Source: Octopus sinensis (taxonomy: Eukaryota). From it: DNA of 64,000 bases. How positions within the stretch are numbered: position 1 is the first letter of the stretch; every line of letters begins with the position of its first letter. The notes beneath the pieces are model-generated. The model made no database searches. It was not told the origin of the DNA and saw only the letters and a list, made by a program, of their open reading frames with translations. Position numbers and translations under genes: made by a program. The stretch covers positions 43,958,001 to 44,022,000 of the forward strand of contig NC_043014.1 of the NCBI RefSeq assembly GCF_006345805.1, in the 5' to 3' direction. Below are positions 1-13,900 of the stretch, one piece after another.

Positions 1-383
1 TCCTTGTTTATCCCCTCTGTGTTTAGCCCCTTGTGGGTAGCAAAGAAATACATATTGCGCTGTGATAAAGATTACTCACAGCATCTCTTTCTAAAATGAC
101 AAATTGGAGATTGTCCAATGGAAAATGTTACTAATTCTTTTTTCAATAGAAAAAAACAAAAAAAAAAAAACAAAAGCAAAATACTGCTGGAACCATCCAA
201 AGACAGCCCATGTGTTGTAGCAAAACAAACAGAACACTAGTTTTTTATTTATTTATCTAGTTTCAGCTCACGAGCTGTGGCCATGCTGGGGCACCATAAA
301 AATATATTAAATGTTGATGATGATTATGATGCTAATAAGTGATGGTGATAATAAGGATTGTTGTTTTCTTTTTTCTTCCGCAG

Positions 384-497
384 AGATTACCATGTGAAGA
401 AACCTCCATTGTAGAATGCAGCAGTACGACCCCGAGAGATGTATGTGAAGAGCCTGTACAGAATCAGAACTCATCAGTTTCTGATACCACAACTTTG
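384..497 (+). CDS. Coding exon ([38 protein letters not shown]), N-terminal disordered region
   Basis: Polypyrimidine tract + CAG at 381-383; TTG|GTAAGT donor; 114 nt, phase 0/0, in frame with the next exon. Confidence 0.7.
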
Positions 498-3400
498 GTA
501 AGTTTCACCGTTTACAGTAGTGGTTGTCAACCATTTTTTTTTTTCATTTATGGACCTCTTCGGTTACCATTTCATTCTGATGGACCCCCTCCCCATAGCC
601 ATCTGATGTTTAACCCTTTCGTTACTGCATTTATTTTGAGATGCTCTGTGTTTCTCTCAATTATTTTAGATATTGCAAAGAATTTAGTAAAATAACTTAT
701 GATGATGATGATGATGATGAACTTAGTTATCATTCAGCTAGTGTTAGGAACATAAATTGTGACTCAAGGTTTGGTGGAAGATTTTAATTCAAAACTTATG
801 AAAACACGACATTTGTACAACAGAGCCAGAAGTGGTTTTAGGCTAGTTGGTATCAAAAGGAGATGTTTCATATAATAGATCCAAGGTTCCAATATAATTT
901 AACCCTTTTGTTACCATATTTCTGTTGAGATGCTCTGTGTTTCTTTCAATTACTTTAAATATAACAAAGAATTTAGTAAAATAACTTAGTTATCATTAAG
1001 CTAGTGTTAGGAACATAAATTGTGACTAAGGTTTGGTGTAAGTTTTTAATTCAAAACTAATGAAAACAAGACATTTGTACTCAGAACCAGGGCCGATTTC
1101 AGCTGGGTTCATAACGAAAGGGTTAACCATTTAGCATTTAAACCAGGCATAACCTGCCAAAATATTCCATCTATGTAATGTTAAATTCAGCCAGACCCAA
1201 CCCTTCACACCTACCCTGTAAAGGTATTCTAAGAATGAGCAATCACATCATTAAATTCTTGAAGCGGCAAGATAATGCATGATTAATTCAAGACAATTTG
1301 AATAAATAAGCATTAAATTTGGCAGAGTAATCCGAATACCAAAGGATTAAAAATTAATTTTATAGATATTTCTTTCGAAATTCCTACACCGTTTTTCACA
1401 CTTCCACTTGTGTAAATTTGCAATAACACTTTTTGAGAGAATGTTTCAGTGGCTGGAGACATATTTTATTTCTTTATTGCCCACAGGGGGCTAAACATAG
1501 AGGGGACAAACAAGGACAGACAAAGGGATTAAGTCGATTACATTGACGCAGTGTGTAACTGGTACTTATTTAATCAACCCTGAAAAGATGAAAGGCAAAG
1601 TCGATCTCAGCGGAATTTGAACTCAGAATGTAACGACAGACGAAATACCTATTTCTATTTCTTTATTAGCCACAAGGGGCTAAACATAGAGGAGACAAAC
1701 ATGGGCAGACATAGGTATTAAGTCGATTATATCAACCCCAGTGCTTAACTGGTACTTAATTTATCGACCCCGAAAGGATGAAAGGCAAAGTCGACCTCGG
1801 CGGAATTTGAACTCACAATATAACGGCAGCCGAAATACCGCTAAGCATTTCGCCCGACGTGCTAACGATTCTGCTAGCTCGCCGCCTTTCGACAGACGAA
1901 ATACCGCTAAGCATTTCCCCCAGCATCCTTACATATTGGGCCATGTAAAATGTCAGAGAGGGAAACCTAGATGTTTCTTATTTCTTTATTACCCATAAGG
2001 GGCTAAACATAGAGGGGACAAACAAGAACAGACAAAGGGATTAAGTCAATTACATCAACCCCAGTGCGTAACTGGTACTTAATTTATCAACCCTGAAAGG
2101 ATGAAAGGCAAAGTCGACCTCGGTGAAATTTGAACTCAAAATGTAACGGCAGATGAAATGCCGCTAAGCATTTCGCCCGGCATCCCAACATAGTGGGCCC
2201 TGTAAAATGTCAGAGAAGGAAACCCAGCTGTTTCTTGCAATAAATATATCTAAAGCAAAAATTTTTCATGAACCCTTAAAATATTACTGTGAATCCCCAA
2301 TTTGCTACTTTGCTTGTGTGGACCCCCAAAAATCTTATATGGACCCCCAGAGACCATATATGCTCCCTGCTTGACAATCACTGATCTACAGCATTGAAGC
2401 ATTCAGCTATATCATACTCATTTGTAGTTAAGTGAACTGGAGCGAAGGGAAACGAAATGTTTAGGTTAAGAACCCAACACACTGTTTGCTCCAGGTATTG
2501 AAACTGCAACGTCCCAACCATTAGGCCACACACCTTCATCAAACAAATTACCTTGTGGTATTCTGCTTGAGTTGCACAGATATCTGCTTGTCACACTCAC
2601 CATCACAAATGCAATAAATCAGTGACTTGACCATTGAAAATTCATTGCCACCAATGAATTTATAGATGTAAAAAATATAAAAGTAAATTTATCTGAAATT
2701 GGTTTTGCTCCCTCCTCCTCCTCATCATCATCATCATCATCCTCATCATCATATTATTATTATTATTATTATTACTGAATAAGCGAGCAATGCATACCAT
2801 CGAAATGACCCTGGGGTATAATTATACGAAGCCCAATATACCCATCTGATAAGGGTACACCAGACACATGCATCACAACCATATGTGTGTGACATGGTGA
2901 TCTCGTATCAGGATAAATAGTGCATGACCCTGCAGGTGGAGCCCTGTTAAAATTTTCTCCAGGTCAGGTACCCCATCCTGCTCCAAAGGTCCCTGAATAA
3001 GGTTTGTTTAAAGACGATGAATGAAATACTCATGTTTCCAGGGATGAATTATTCAACCCCCACCTCAAAAAAGAATTCCTCTCAACACATGACTATGATG
3101 CTCCCCCACTACTCCTGCTCATGCTCAGATATGCACATATGAGCCACTAAGGGACATGCTCAGCTGGTTACGGTGAAGTTCAAATTTCACCAGTCAACTT
3201 GGCCATTTACCTATTATCTTGTGCTTGTTAGGGAATATGTAATTGTAATATTCATCATCATCATCAGCAGCAGCAATAGTAGTAAGCTTCCTGTAAAATA
3301 TTTGAATGCCACAATATTGACATTTTTGTTACCCTTATGAAACCAAACTGGATCCAGAAATTATCATAATCAAATTGATTCACTCAAATTGAATAAATTT

Positions 3401-6400
3401 CCTTGCTGGTTTATAAATTTTATATTGTTTCTTCTTCATTTGCAGGACTCTTGCGAAACAGAAAACCAAGTCAGTGACCAGGCTGAGATTGACTCTGGCT
3501 CAAATCGAAGAAGTCCTTTGAAAAACATGCGTTATGATTCTGCTGAGAAACTTTCATCTAAAATCACATATGAAAAGTCACCAGACTCCATGTATCCTTC
3601 ATACAAAGACAGAATGAATGTGAAGAACTCAAACAATGAACCAGAATCGGGTCTAGCTGCTCTAGACCGCATCGAGGCTAATACTCTTCGAGAACTAGAA
3701 GATCTCGGTCGATACCCTAGTTCCACATCTTCTACCAAAAACTGTAGTTTTTCTACTGCTGATATTTCTCGAAAACCGCTGCAACCCCATTCTAGCCCCT
3801 CGTGTAGTGACCAGACTGACCCAGACATTGAAATTATTGACATCAAGCAGTCTGATTCACCGTTTCGGTGTAATGTGCCTCGCCGAAATAACAGAGATAA
3901 GGACAGAGCATATAAATCTGTCATTGAGAATCCTCGGACTTACGACAGAAGTAATAGTGGTAATAGTAGTAGTAGTATGCTTGTTGAGAGTTCGCAGCCA
4001 GAAAATACAGATGTCATTGATTGTACAAATATTGTCCCCAAAAAAGAATATGACTATCATCAGGTAAGTTGTTCTTTCCCCAAAAACCCTCTGATCAGTG
4101 GCATTCGGCCGATGCTGCCCGACCAAAGTGTTGACAACAACACTTCACAAGTTCACATCATCATCGACGACGATGACACGATTCAACCTGACCACCGTTC
4201 CCCGCAAAGCGACTCTCATTTACACAACCAACGATCCATCGAAGCAACAAGCCATCCTCATGAAACCTTTGTGCGGACTCACTACGGTCAGACAGTTAAA
4301 ATAAAAGACTCCGAAGATGCCATTTCATCCAACGTCGATCAACACCATTTATTTAATTTGGACAACAACCGGCAGCAAGCGGTGACCAGGATTATACCTG
4401 CTGACGGCCATACTGGTGGATTACACAAAGATGTCAACATTCCAGTTGCTATAGATAGTTTACTAGGGACCAACAATCCTTCGGCTACCTTGCTGAGCCA
4501 ACCCAGTTATGTGGACATCAGCCAGCTCAGCAAACGAAAGCTTGAGCTTTCTCCACCAAACCAACAGCCCTCCCAGAAAAAGGTCTGTGATGAAGCGAAT
4601 GTTTCTGTAAACATTTCCAACTCACCAAAAGTGATGGAAGGGACCTTCCATATAAAAAATCCAAATATCACCCCCGTGTCTGGCTTTTCTCAGCGTGTGT
4701 CTTGTAATATGAACTCGGACAATTCTAGTGAGTTAAGTTTAGTCACCAAATTTGAGTTCAAAATTGGCATGGACAATAAACTTGTCTCCAAGGCAGGTCT
4801 TGTTGGCGACCACAACTTGGTGGCTATTGCGGATGACAGTCAGAGTGGTGTAGCGTCGACATGCCGCATCGAAGAAGTAGTCCCAACAGCCGAACCCAGT
4901 GTGGTCCCTTCATCAGCGGACGTACGAGTCGAGGCAGATACAACGGTGTCAGAGCATCAGCTCTCGCTTTCTAAACCTCATGCTGCATCTACGTTAGAGT
5001 CTATGATATCACAGAGTTGCCGTCCAATGGATACTTCTGACGTACAGCAAATTGTTGGCTCAACCGGCATCGACAAAGCGTTGCCTTCATTTGTAGGTAA
5101 TTCTCATCCAAACACAATAATAAAACCACCACCACATCTAACCACCTTGTCTCCATCACCTCCCATATTTACACATCCCTCCGTTAGAACGCAACACAAT
5201 GAAACCACTGTACAAAACTCACCCACAAACACCAACAACACAAACACAACAGCCAACAACAACAACAATAACAATGATGATAGCTCCACCACATCTCACA
5301 GGTCACAGGTAGTAGAGGGAGCTTCTACTACGAGTTCCGTAGTGGTGGCCATGCCAGATTCCCATAGTGCATCGTCAACAAACTCTAGTAACGACTGGAA
5401 GCATGATCTCACTGTTGATGCACCAATGGAGTCTAGCGATCAGCAGGTACGTGTGAAGCTGGAGAATTCCGAGCCAGACACTAAACATACTATCAAGGAA
5501 GAGAATGATCTTTCTTGTGCTAACCCTGATACCAACAGTTCGTCAGACACTTACTCTGACTCACAGACACAGTATGCATGCATTTCATCTGGTGCCGCAA
5601 CGGCTACAGGTTCCGCAGAGAGAGAGAACGACCGACCGCCTGATGATAAACACGCTTTTCTCAACGACACAAAGTCTGAAAGTCAATCAACCGCATCTTT
5701 GCCCATACTGGAACAAGATGCTTCTCGGGACCCTTCAAATTTAGGTAGGTATTTCATTAGTTTCTGTAGGTGTTTTTTTTTCCTTTTTTGTTTCTCAAAT
5801 TTTCTCTTCTGATAATATGGGTTGGACAAGTTTACAAATTCTTACATGAATTTGCATGAATTATTGAAGTATCTCCAAATAAGGTCTTCAGATTTGTTTT
5901 TCCTCAAATTTTCTGTTCTGACAATATGGGTTGGACAACTTTACAAATTCTTACATTTGCATGAATTATTGAAGTATCTCCAAATACGGTCTTCTAGTTG
6001 GTTTATTTTATTTTTTATTATTTTTTTCCCTCAAATTTTCTGTTTTGATAATATGTGTTGGACAAGTTTACAAATTCTTACATGAATTTGCATGAATTAT
6101 CGGAGTATTTCCAAATAAGGTCTTCAGGTTTGTTTATTTTATTTTTTATTATTTGTTTTTCCTCAAATTTTTTGTTCTGACAATATGGGTTGGACAAGTT
6201 TACAAATTCTTACATGAATTATTGAAGTATCTCCAAATGAGGTCTTCAGGTTTGTTTAATTTATTTTTTATTATTTTTTTTTCCCTCAAATTTTCTGTTC
6301 TGATAATATGGGTTGGACAAGTTTACAAATTCTTACATGAATTTGCATGAATTGGTTTGTTTATTTTATTTTTTATTATTTGTTTTTCCTCAAATTTTCT

Positions 6401-7767
6401 GTTCTGACAATATGGGTTGGACAAGTTTACAAATTCTTACATTTGCATGAATTATTTTGAAGTATCTCCAAATAAGGTCTTCAGGTTTGTTTATTTCATT
6501 TTTTTTTTTTTTTCCCTCAAATTTTCTGTTCTGACAATATGGGTTGGATAAGTTTACAAATTCTTACATGAATTTGCATGAATTATTGAAGTATCTCCAA
6601 ATAAGGTCTTCAAGGTTTTTTTAGGGTTTTATTCCCTCAAATTTTCTGTTTTGATAATATGGGTTGGATAAGTTTACAAATTCTTACATCAATTTGCATG
6701 AATTATTGGAGTATCTCCAAATAAGATCTTCAGGTTTGTTTATTTTATTTATTATTATTATTTTTCACCCAAATTTTCTGTTCTGACAATATGGGTTGGA
6801 CAAGTTTACAAATTCTTACATTTGCATGAATTATCGGAGCATCGCCAAATAAGGTCTTCAGGTTTGTTTATTATTATTTTTTTCCTCAAATTTGCTGTTC
6901 TGACAATATGGGTTGGATAAGTTTACAAATTCTTACATTTTCATGAATTACTGAAGTATCTCCAAATAAGGTCTTCAGGTTTGTTTGTTTTTTGGGGGTT
7001 TTTTCCCTTTAATTTTTTTTCTGACAATATGGGTTGGATAAGTTTACAAATTCTTACATTTGCATGAATTATTTTGAAGTATCTCCAAATAAGGTCTTCA
7101 GGTTTGTTTATTTTATTTTTATTATTATTATTTTTTTTTTTTGACTGCCATTTTCTATGTTGTCCTCTGAACTAGAATTGTTTGTTCAAACTCAGCATTC
7201 AACGGCCCTTGCTCTTATTCCTTGTCTGTCTGCCCATCTGCTTCTCTCTCTCTCTCATCCATTTTATCGAAGCAATAAACAAACATATTGCAGTTATTTC
7301 TACAGCTCTCTTGTTCCATGTCTTTTATAACTTCCTGCAATTGTCTTTGTTGACGGAAATATCCGATGGGTATGGATGTTTATACTCGTATTATTTGTAA
7401 TTGTAATTTTTCCATTATTCTGAATTGTTTACTGTGTTCTGTTTCATTTACCTCTGTTGATTGGACTTGCACTCATTTAATTAATTGGATATCAAGTGGG
7501 GTTTTTTTTTTTTTTTTTGTTTTGTTTTGTTTTCTGTCCAACATTCACTCCTTTCAGTGCAGTACCAAAACAACATACCCTCGGGTATTTCACTCTTAAT
7601 TCTCTAATGTCTTTATTTATACTACTCTAGTGCTTCACTAATTTCATTTGAAGCATTTTAAATTTAAAACTAAGAGCCATGTTAATTATGTGTCTGTGTA
7701 TGTGACTGTGTGTGTATATAAAAATATGCACACACACACATCCACACACTCACATGACCACACATAC

Positions 7768-7798
<31 letters not shown>

Positions 7799-7853
7799 GA
7801 TAGATAGATATATTTGTATACATACATATATATATATATGTATATACATATAT

Positions 7854-7922
<69 letters not shown>

Positions 7923-10900
7923 CACATACATATATATATACGTGTGGTCATGTGAGTGTGTGTGTGTATAAAAACATGCATACACACACACTCAAATTAG
8001 CACACATACATATATATATGTATGTATATATATAAATATATATATATAAATGCTTACATACATACCACATACATACATACACACATACACCCATATATGC
8101 ATATGCATGAAGTGGCAACAAAACTCACATGCACTCCATACAGTACCCCCCTCAACTTGGTCCAAAACAATATTATTCGCTGAAAGACTTCAATGAATAA
8201 TTGTATATAATTATAAATTTTCTCAAAGCTTTGACATAAAGTCTTATATGAAAAAAAAAAAAAATAAAATAAAAGAGAATGAACGACTGTGATTTATCAT
8301 ATAAAAGAGAATATGTATATTTTTATCTCGTTGTTCTCTTGTAATAAACATGTTTGTTTTCTGCAACCATTCATATCATGAAACGCTATTAGTAAAACTG
8401 AAACATGCTAAGAAGGAAAAGCAAAAAAAAAAAAAAGAAGAAACTGATATTTTAGACCAGTGGTGTGTTGTTCTAAAAGGCCAGTTTTGGAATATAAATA
8501 TATGAATATAATCAAAATAAATATAATGATTGCTATGACACAAATCATGTCTGCAAACAAGTTGACCAAGTAAAAGTCAAACAGTCCCCAAATTAGTTGG
8601 TACTGGATAATAAGACACTGTGTGTGTGTGTATTGATGTCTATAATGTAGGCAGTTGAATTGATGGAGGCCCATGATATATTTGTGTGTATGTGTAGAAT
8701 AAAACAGAAACAACCAAATGGATTTCTGAGTGTTGCTACAGTTGTTTCGTTAGAAGCTTTTAGTTTCATGGAAGCATAATATATTGGGTTGTCCGGAAAG
8801 TTCGTGCCGATTTTTAAAGGAAAGGAAAAGGTCTATAGATACGTGCCATTACATTTTTAATCAACCAAATATGAACCATTTTGTTGCACAATGCGTCTCC
8901 ATCTTTCCTTTAACTTGAAAATACCCTCTTCCCAGAATCGAGGTGGTTTCATGGCAAAGAATTCATCAAGGTATCTTTTTACTTCATTCAAGGAATTGAA
9001 ATTTTTATCATTAAGACTATTCTGCAGAGACCTGAATAAGTGGAAATCCGAAGGAGCAATATCTGGTGAATATAGAGGGTGGGGTAACACATCCCAGCCG
9101 AGCTGCAGCAATTTTTGTCTGGTTCCCAAAGCATCAAGTGCCGAAAATGAACTTTCTTATCTTCCATTTTAAAGGGTTACAGAATTAACACAGGTTATAG
9201 GAACATAAACCTTCTTCCAAGAAAAGATAGCTTAAACTGTGCTCTAAATGAAGGTGTAGTCAAATCCTGTTTCATGGACTCAACCATGTTCTAAAATAAG
9301 TCGAAAAAGTAAGCTACTATAAATCGGCACAAACTTTCCGGACAACCCAATAGTTCTACATGTTATGCAATAAACACACTGTGCAACTCCCAAACTCCGT
9401 TCTGTTTTGAGAAGTTGCACAGGCACAGGAGTGGCTGTGTGGTAAGTAGCTTGCTTACCAACCACATGGTTCCGGGTTCAGTCCCACCGCGTGGCATCTT
9501 GGGCAAGTGTCTTCTACTATAGCCCCGGGCCGACCAATGCCTTGTGAGTGGATTTGGTAGACGGAAACTGAAAGAAGCCTGTCGTATATATGTATATATA
9601 TATATATGTATATATATATGTATATATATATATATATATATGTGTGTGTATATATTTGTGTGTCTGTGTTTGTCCCCCTAGCATTGCTTGACAACCAATG
9701 TTGGCGTGTTTACATCCCCGTCACTTAGCGGTTCGGCAAAAGAGACCAATAGAATAAGTACTGGGCTTACAAAGAATTAGTCTTGGGGTCGATTTGCTCG
9801 ACTAAAGGCGGTGCTCCAGCATGGCCACAGTCAAATGACTGAAACAAGTAAAAGATTAGAAGAGAGTATTGCATAACCTTTTTGCTTACATACCTGTATT
9901 TATATTGACATCAAAATAGAAATTCTTAACACAAACAACCATAGCAACACTCGGAAATCCATCTGTTTGTATTGTCTTATTTATGCCACACTATTTATTT
10001 TATTCTTTGTTGAATATTTTCTTTTCTATTAGAATTGCAGATTACCCGACAACACTGTCTTAACTTCATCAGTGCCTTCTGCACTGATAGTGAATTGGTT
10101 TACTCTCTGCTCTGTGTGATTCTGTCTACACAATTAGTGGCATGCTTCATGTTGATTCTTTATAATAAAAATAAAACAAAAATGCGCCCTTTTAAAGCTT
10201 AGCTAGGCTCATAGGCCCGGTTTCCTGGTTTCTATGGCTAATGTGTTCCCCAGCTGGACAGGACGCCAGCCCATCGTAGCGTTACTCATTTTTGCCAGCT
10301 GAGTGGACTGGAGCAACGTGAAACGATGTGTTTTGCTCAAGAACACAACGCGTCACTTGGTCCAGGGATCGAAACCGCAATCTTACGATCATGATGCTGA
10401 CACCCTAACCACTAAGCCACGTGCCTTCACTGTGCCCTTTTAAAGCCTAGCCAAGCTCATGGGCACGGTTTCTTGGTTTCAATGGCGTATGTGTTCCCCA
10501 GCTGGACGGGACGCCAGTCTATTGCAGCGTTACTCATTTTTGCCAGTTGAGTGGACTGGAGCAATGTGAAACGAAGCGTTTTGCTCAAGAACACAACGCA
10601 TTGCCTGGTCCAGGAATCAAAACCACAATCTTACGATCATGATGCTGACACCCTTACCACTAAGCCACACGCTTTCACTTGATTCTTTATGGATCCTTAT
10701 AACTGATATATATATATATATATGTATGTGTGCACATGTGTAAATGCTACATCTTTGCATGGAAGTATTAAACTAAAACTGAAGATATTTTCTGATGTTT
10801 TTATCAACAAAGCATTCTCTACATCTGCACCTTCAAAGACAAGTGGAATAAAAAAAAACAAAATAATATCCTTTGATTCTTTTTGAAGTAAAGGGCTAAC

Positions 10901-13900
10901 AACAGAGAGAGTATCCAACTATAAAACCATGCCTCAGTAATCTGTATTCATCTAATCCATGCCACCATGGAAAAACAGACGTAAGAAGGACAAATATGTT
11001 TATTACATATTTTCGCACCTTTGCAATGCAATCTCATAAGACTGTAAATCTTGCAGCTGAGACTAGTTGTTTACTCATTTTTTTTAACATTTCCATCTTA
11101 CCATTTATTATTATTATTATTATTATTATTATGTCACCTCTGTTTGCCTTAGCCGTGTCTATGCATCTATACACCTCTCTTTATAAGTGTGTGTATATGC
11201 GTGAACATATCCATTTGTGTGCACATGTCATAAATAATACATACCATTCCAGGAACACCTTTCTAATCATAACAGTTTGTCTTTCAGCTTTAGCTTACAA
11301 TTCTTAAGCAACGACTGCACCTGTAAAACATAAAATATAAAGAAAATGAAACAAGAAATCTTCCTTCTTCTCCTCTTCTCAAATCCTTTGCTAGTTATAA
11401 CTGTTATTCATCTTTATCTCATATTTTGTTATTGTTTTATCTCTTACCATTAAAGTTTTATTTGCTTTATTTTTAACCTTTTAAACTATTTTTGCCATTA
11501 TTTTTATCTTCTTTTCAATTATTACCCAGTAAAAAAAAAAAACTTTTATTGTCCTAGTTTTCCTATAATCAAACTAGGACAATAAGAGTATATTCTATAC
11601 ATTGTGATAAAACTAGTTGTGGCTGTGTGGTAAGTAGCTTGCTTACCAGCCACATGATTCCGGGTTTGTCCATGATTCAGTTTTTGCAAATTCAACAATG
11701 CAAAACGCCTTTTCTGGTTGAGTGAACGCCATTACTGGATCTGAAAAAATCATTAGCATTACAAAAAAAACTTAATGAATTTAGCTTTAAAATGGTACCA
11801 GTTTCATCTTAGTACCAATCATAGTCCAGCAGATATGGGGACTTGAAATGTGTCCAAGACTTCTTGAACACCCTGTATTTCTTGATCCCCTCATATTTTA
11901 TCTGAGGAGCAGAGAACTGAAAACCTTGAACTACAAAATGTGAAGTTTTGGTTTCATTAAACATAATACCCTACATTCAGTTTAAAGTACTCTTCCCCTG
12001 CTTCTTGTTGAATCTTGCATGTTTGTGTGTATACATATACATGTATACTACATGCATGCATGCATGCACACACACACATGTATTTAGAACTTCCTTCCCA
12101 TTATTTTTGTCTTTACATAAATTTGTTTGATGAGATGTATCCCGTTGTATTTATAAATAGTTTGGGTTTCACTTCCATATACATATTATTTTAGCCCTTA
12201 TGAAAATCTTATCATTATACTAGCAGTATCGCCCAGCGTTGCTCAGGTTTATTTCGACCCTTTAGAATTGGAATATTTGAAAAGTAAAAATTTTGCATTA
12301 TGTAGCTTGTTATTCTCTTTCAGTGAACATTTTTCTGGTTGAAATACACCGAAAAATGATGACACAGCAGTCAAAAAATCGTAAAAGATAGGGATTTTCA
12401 TAGAAAAAAAGCACCTTTTTGATGTTAACATGGTCCGATTCGAATTTTTTCTTCTACGGAAGGAAGAGCAAGCCTTCTTCTATCATACTCTCAATTTTGG
12501 TCAACTTGCACTTTATATAGAGAGAGATTACTGAAAATTATCTCTAGTTGTTAATTTTATCCTAGTGTATGTTGAGAAACTTCAGTTTGTTTTATTGTGA
12601 AAATGAATTGATGGAATTTATTTTAAAATTCCATTAATAATAATACTCACATCCATGTTAATGATGTTGTTAGAGGTAGTAATGATGATAGTTACAATAA
12701 TGTCAGTGATATACTAATATCTTTTATCGATTCTTTTCTTTAGATACATCATCTGTAACGAAGCTGCCCCAGCATGTGACCAAAGTGGAATCTCCTGATG
12801 CTAAGCTTAAGGCCAGTGTTAAAAGCGATTTAACGGATTACGAAACTGATGATGATATGCTGTTGAATGATGACGGTGTTGATTTAAATAAAAGCCTTGA
12901 AAACACCGAAGATGAAGAACTCTTGCTCAGTCCCAATATAACTCCGTTGCCAGATGACCCTGATTCCCATACTACAAACAGCGATGCTACGTTAGGGGAA
13001 TCAAAAAGTTCTACGCCTGTTGATCCCTGTTCTAAGGGAAGTGAAAGTCTCCCTAAAACCCTCGATGGGGAGTTACTGGTTTTGAAACAGGAGCGAGAGT
13101 TACAATCAAATGAAGATCTTAAACAGAATTGGGAATCCAGTTCTGTAAAAGAGAAATTAATAGAAAATGTGAAAACAGAGTCAAACTTTTATAGCCCCAA
13201 CTCTGCATATTATATGCCACAGTCTTCTGAGCACAGTTTGCATGTAGATTCAAAAGGTTCTATGGATTCTGCATCCAAAGATGCAAAGCATTCAACTGAA
13301 ACAAACGGATCGCAGAGTGATTCAATGGTTTTCAAAAGTGAGCAAATACCTCAAGGAAATAATGTAGTGTCACAAGACTGGCAAGGGCAAGACCAAGGAC
13401 CAATGAAAGCTAGTTTGTTAGAGGACAATATCAAAAAAGAGATAGTATTTTACTTACCTGAGCCATCATCGACACCTGCTGCGAACCCAAACTTGAACGT
13501 CGAGCAGGAAAATGAAAACTGGGTATCCACGACTTTCAAAGATATCAAGACCAATATAAAAGTCGAGAAAGAGTCGGACCCTGGTTACGACTCCGCTGCT
13601 GCCGGTTCCACTGGAAGTGAGCAAAACCGTGTCTTTGTTTCACCGCTTCCTGAGCAGCCCTCATCGACGCACGTCTCGAGTCACACAGCAACGAAAGAAC
13701 ATAATTCACAGGCATCCACCTCTGTGACTTCTACTTCATCTTCTACCTCTTCGTCTAGCACTCCAGCTACTTCTACTGTTGCTTCTGCCAGTACTGATCC
13801 TGCGAGTTCTTCAGCATCGACGAGTCAAGCAGAAGAAGACAGCCGTGTGGAGAATGTCTTCGCACAGAGTAATTCCTCTGAGACGGCGCCTGAACAAAAG

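Noticed and set aside
5790-7140. Repeat-spacer array and ORFs 5822-6350
   Set aside because: Spacers are T-rich slippage variants; the ORFs are translations of the tandem unit
9455-9694. Recurrent ORFs of the type ...[19 protein letters not shown] and ...[13 protein letters not shown]...
   Set aside because: Translations of SINE/retroposon consensus sequence, not genes
10041-10100. Candidate extra exon after TTGCAG at 10040
   Set aside because: In the required phase 1 it hits a stop within 7 codons; exons 5744 and 12744 already join in phase
11902-11930. CTGAGGA...GAAA hammerhead-like string (also CTGAAGA hits at ~30935 and ~41780 on the minus strand)
   Set aside because: No consistent stem I/II/III pairing around the core
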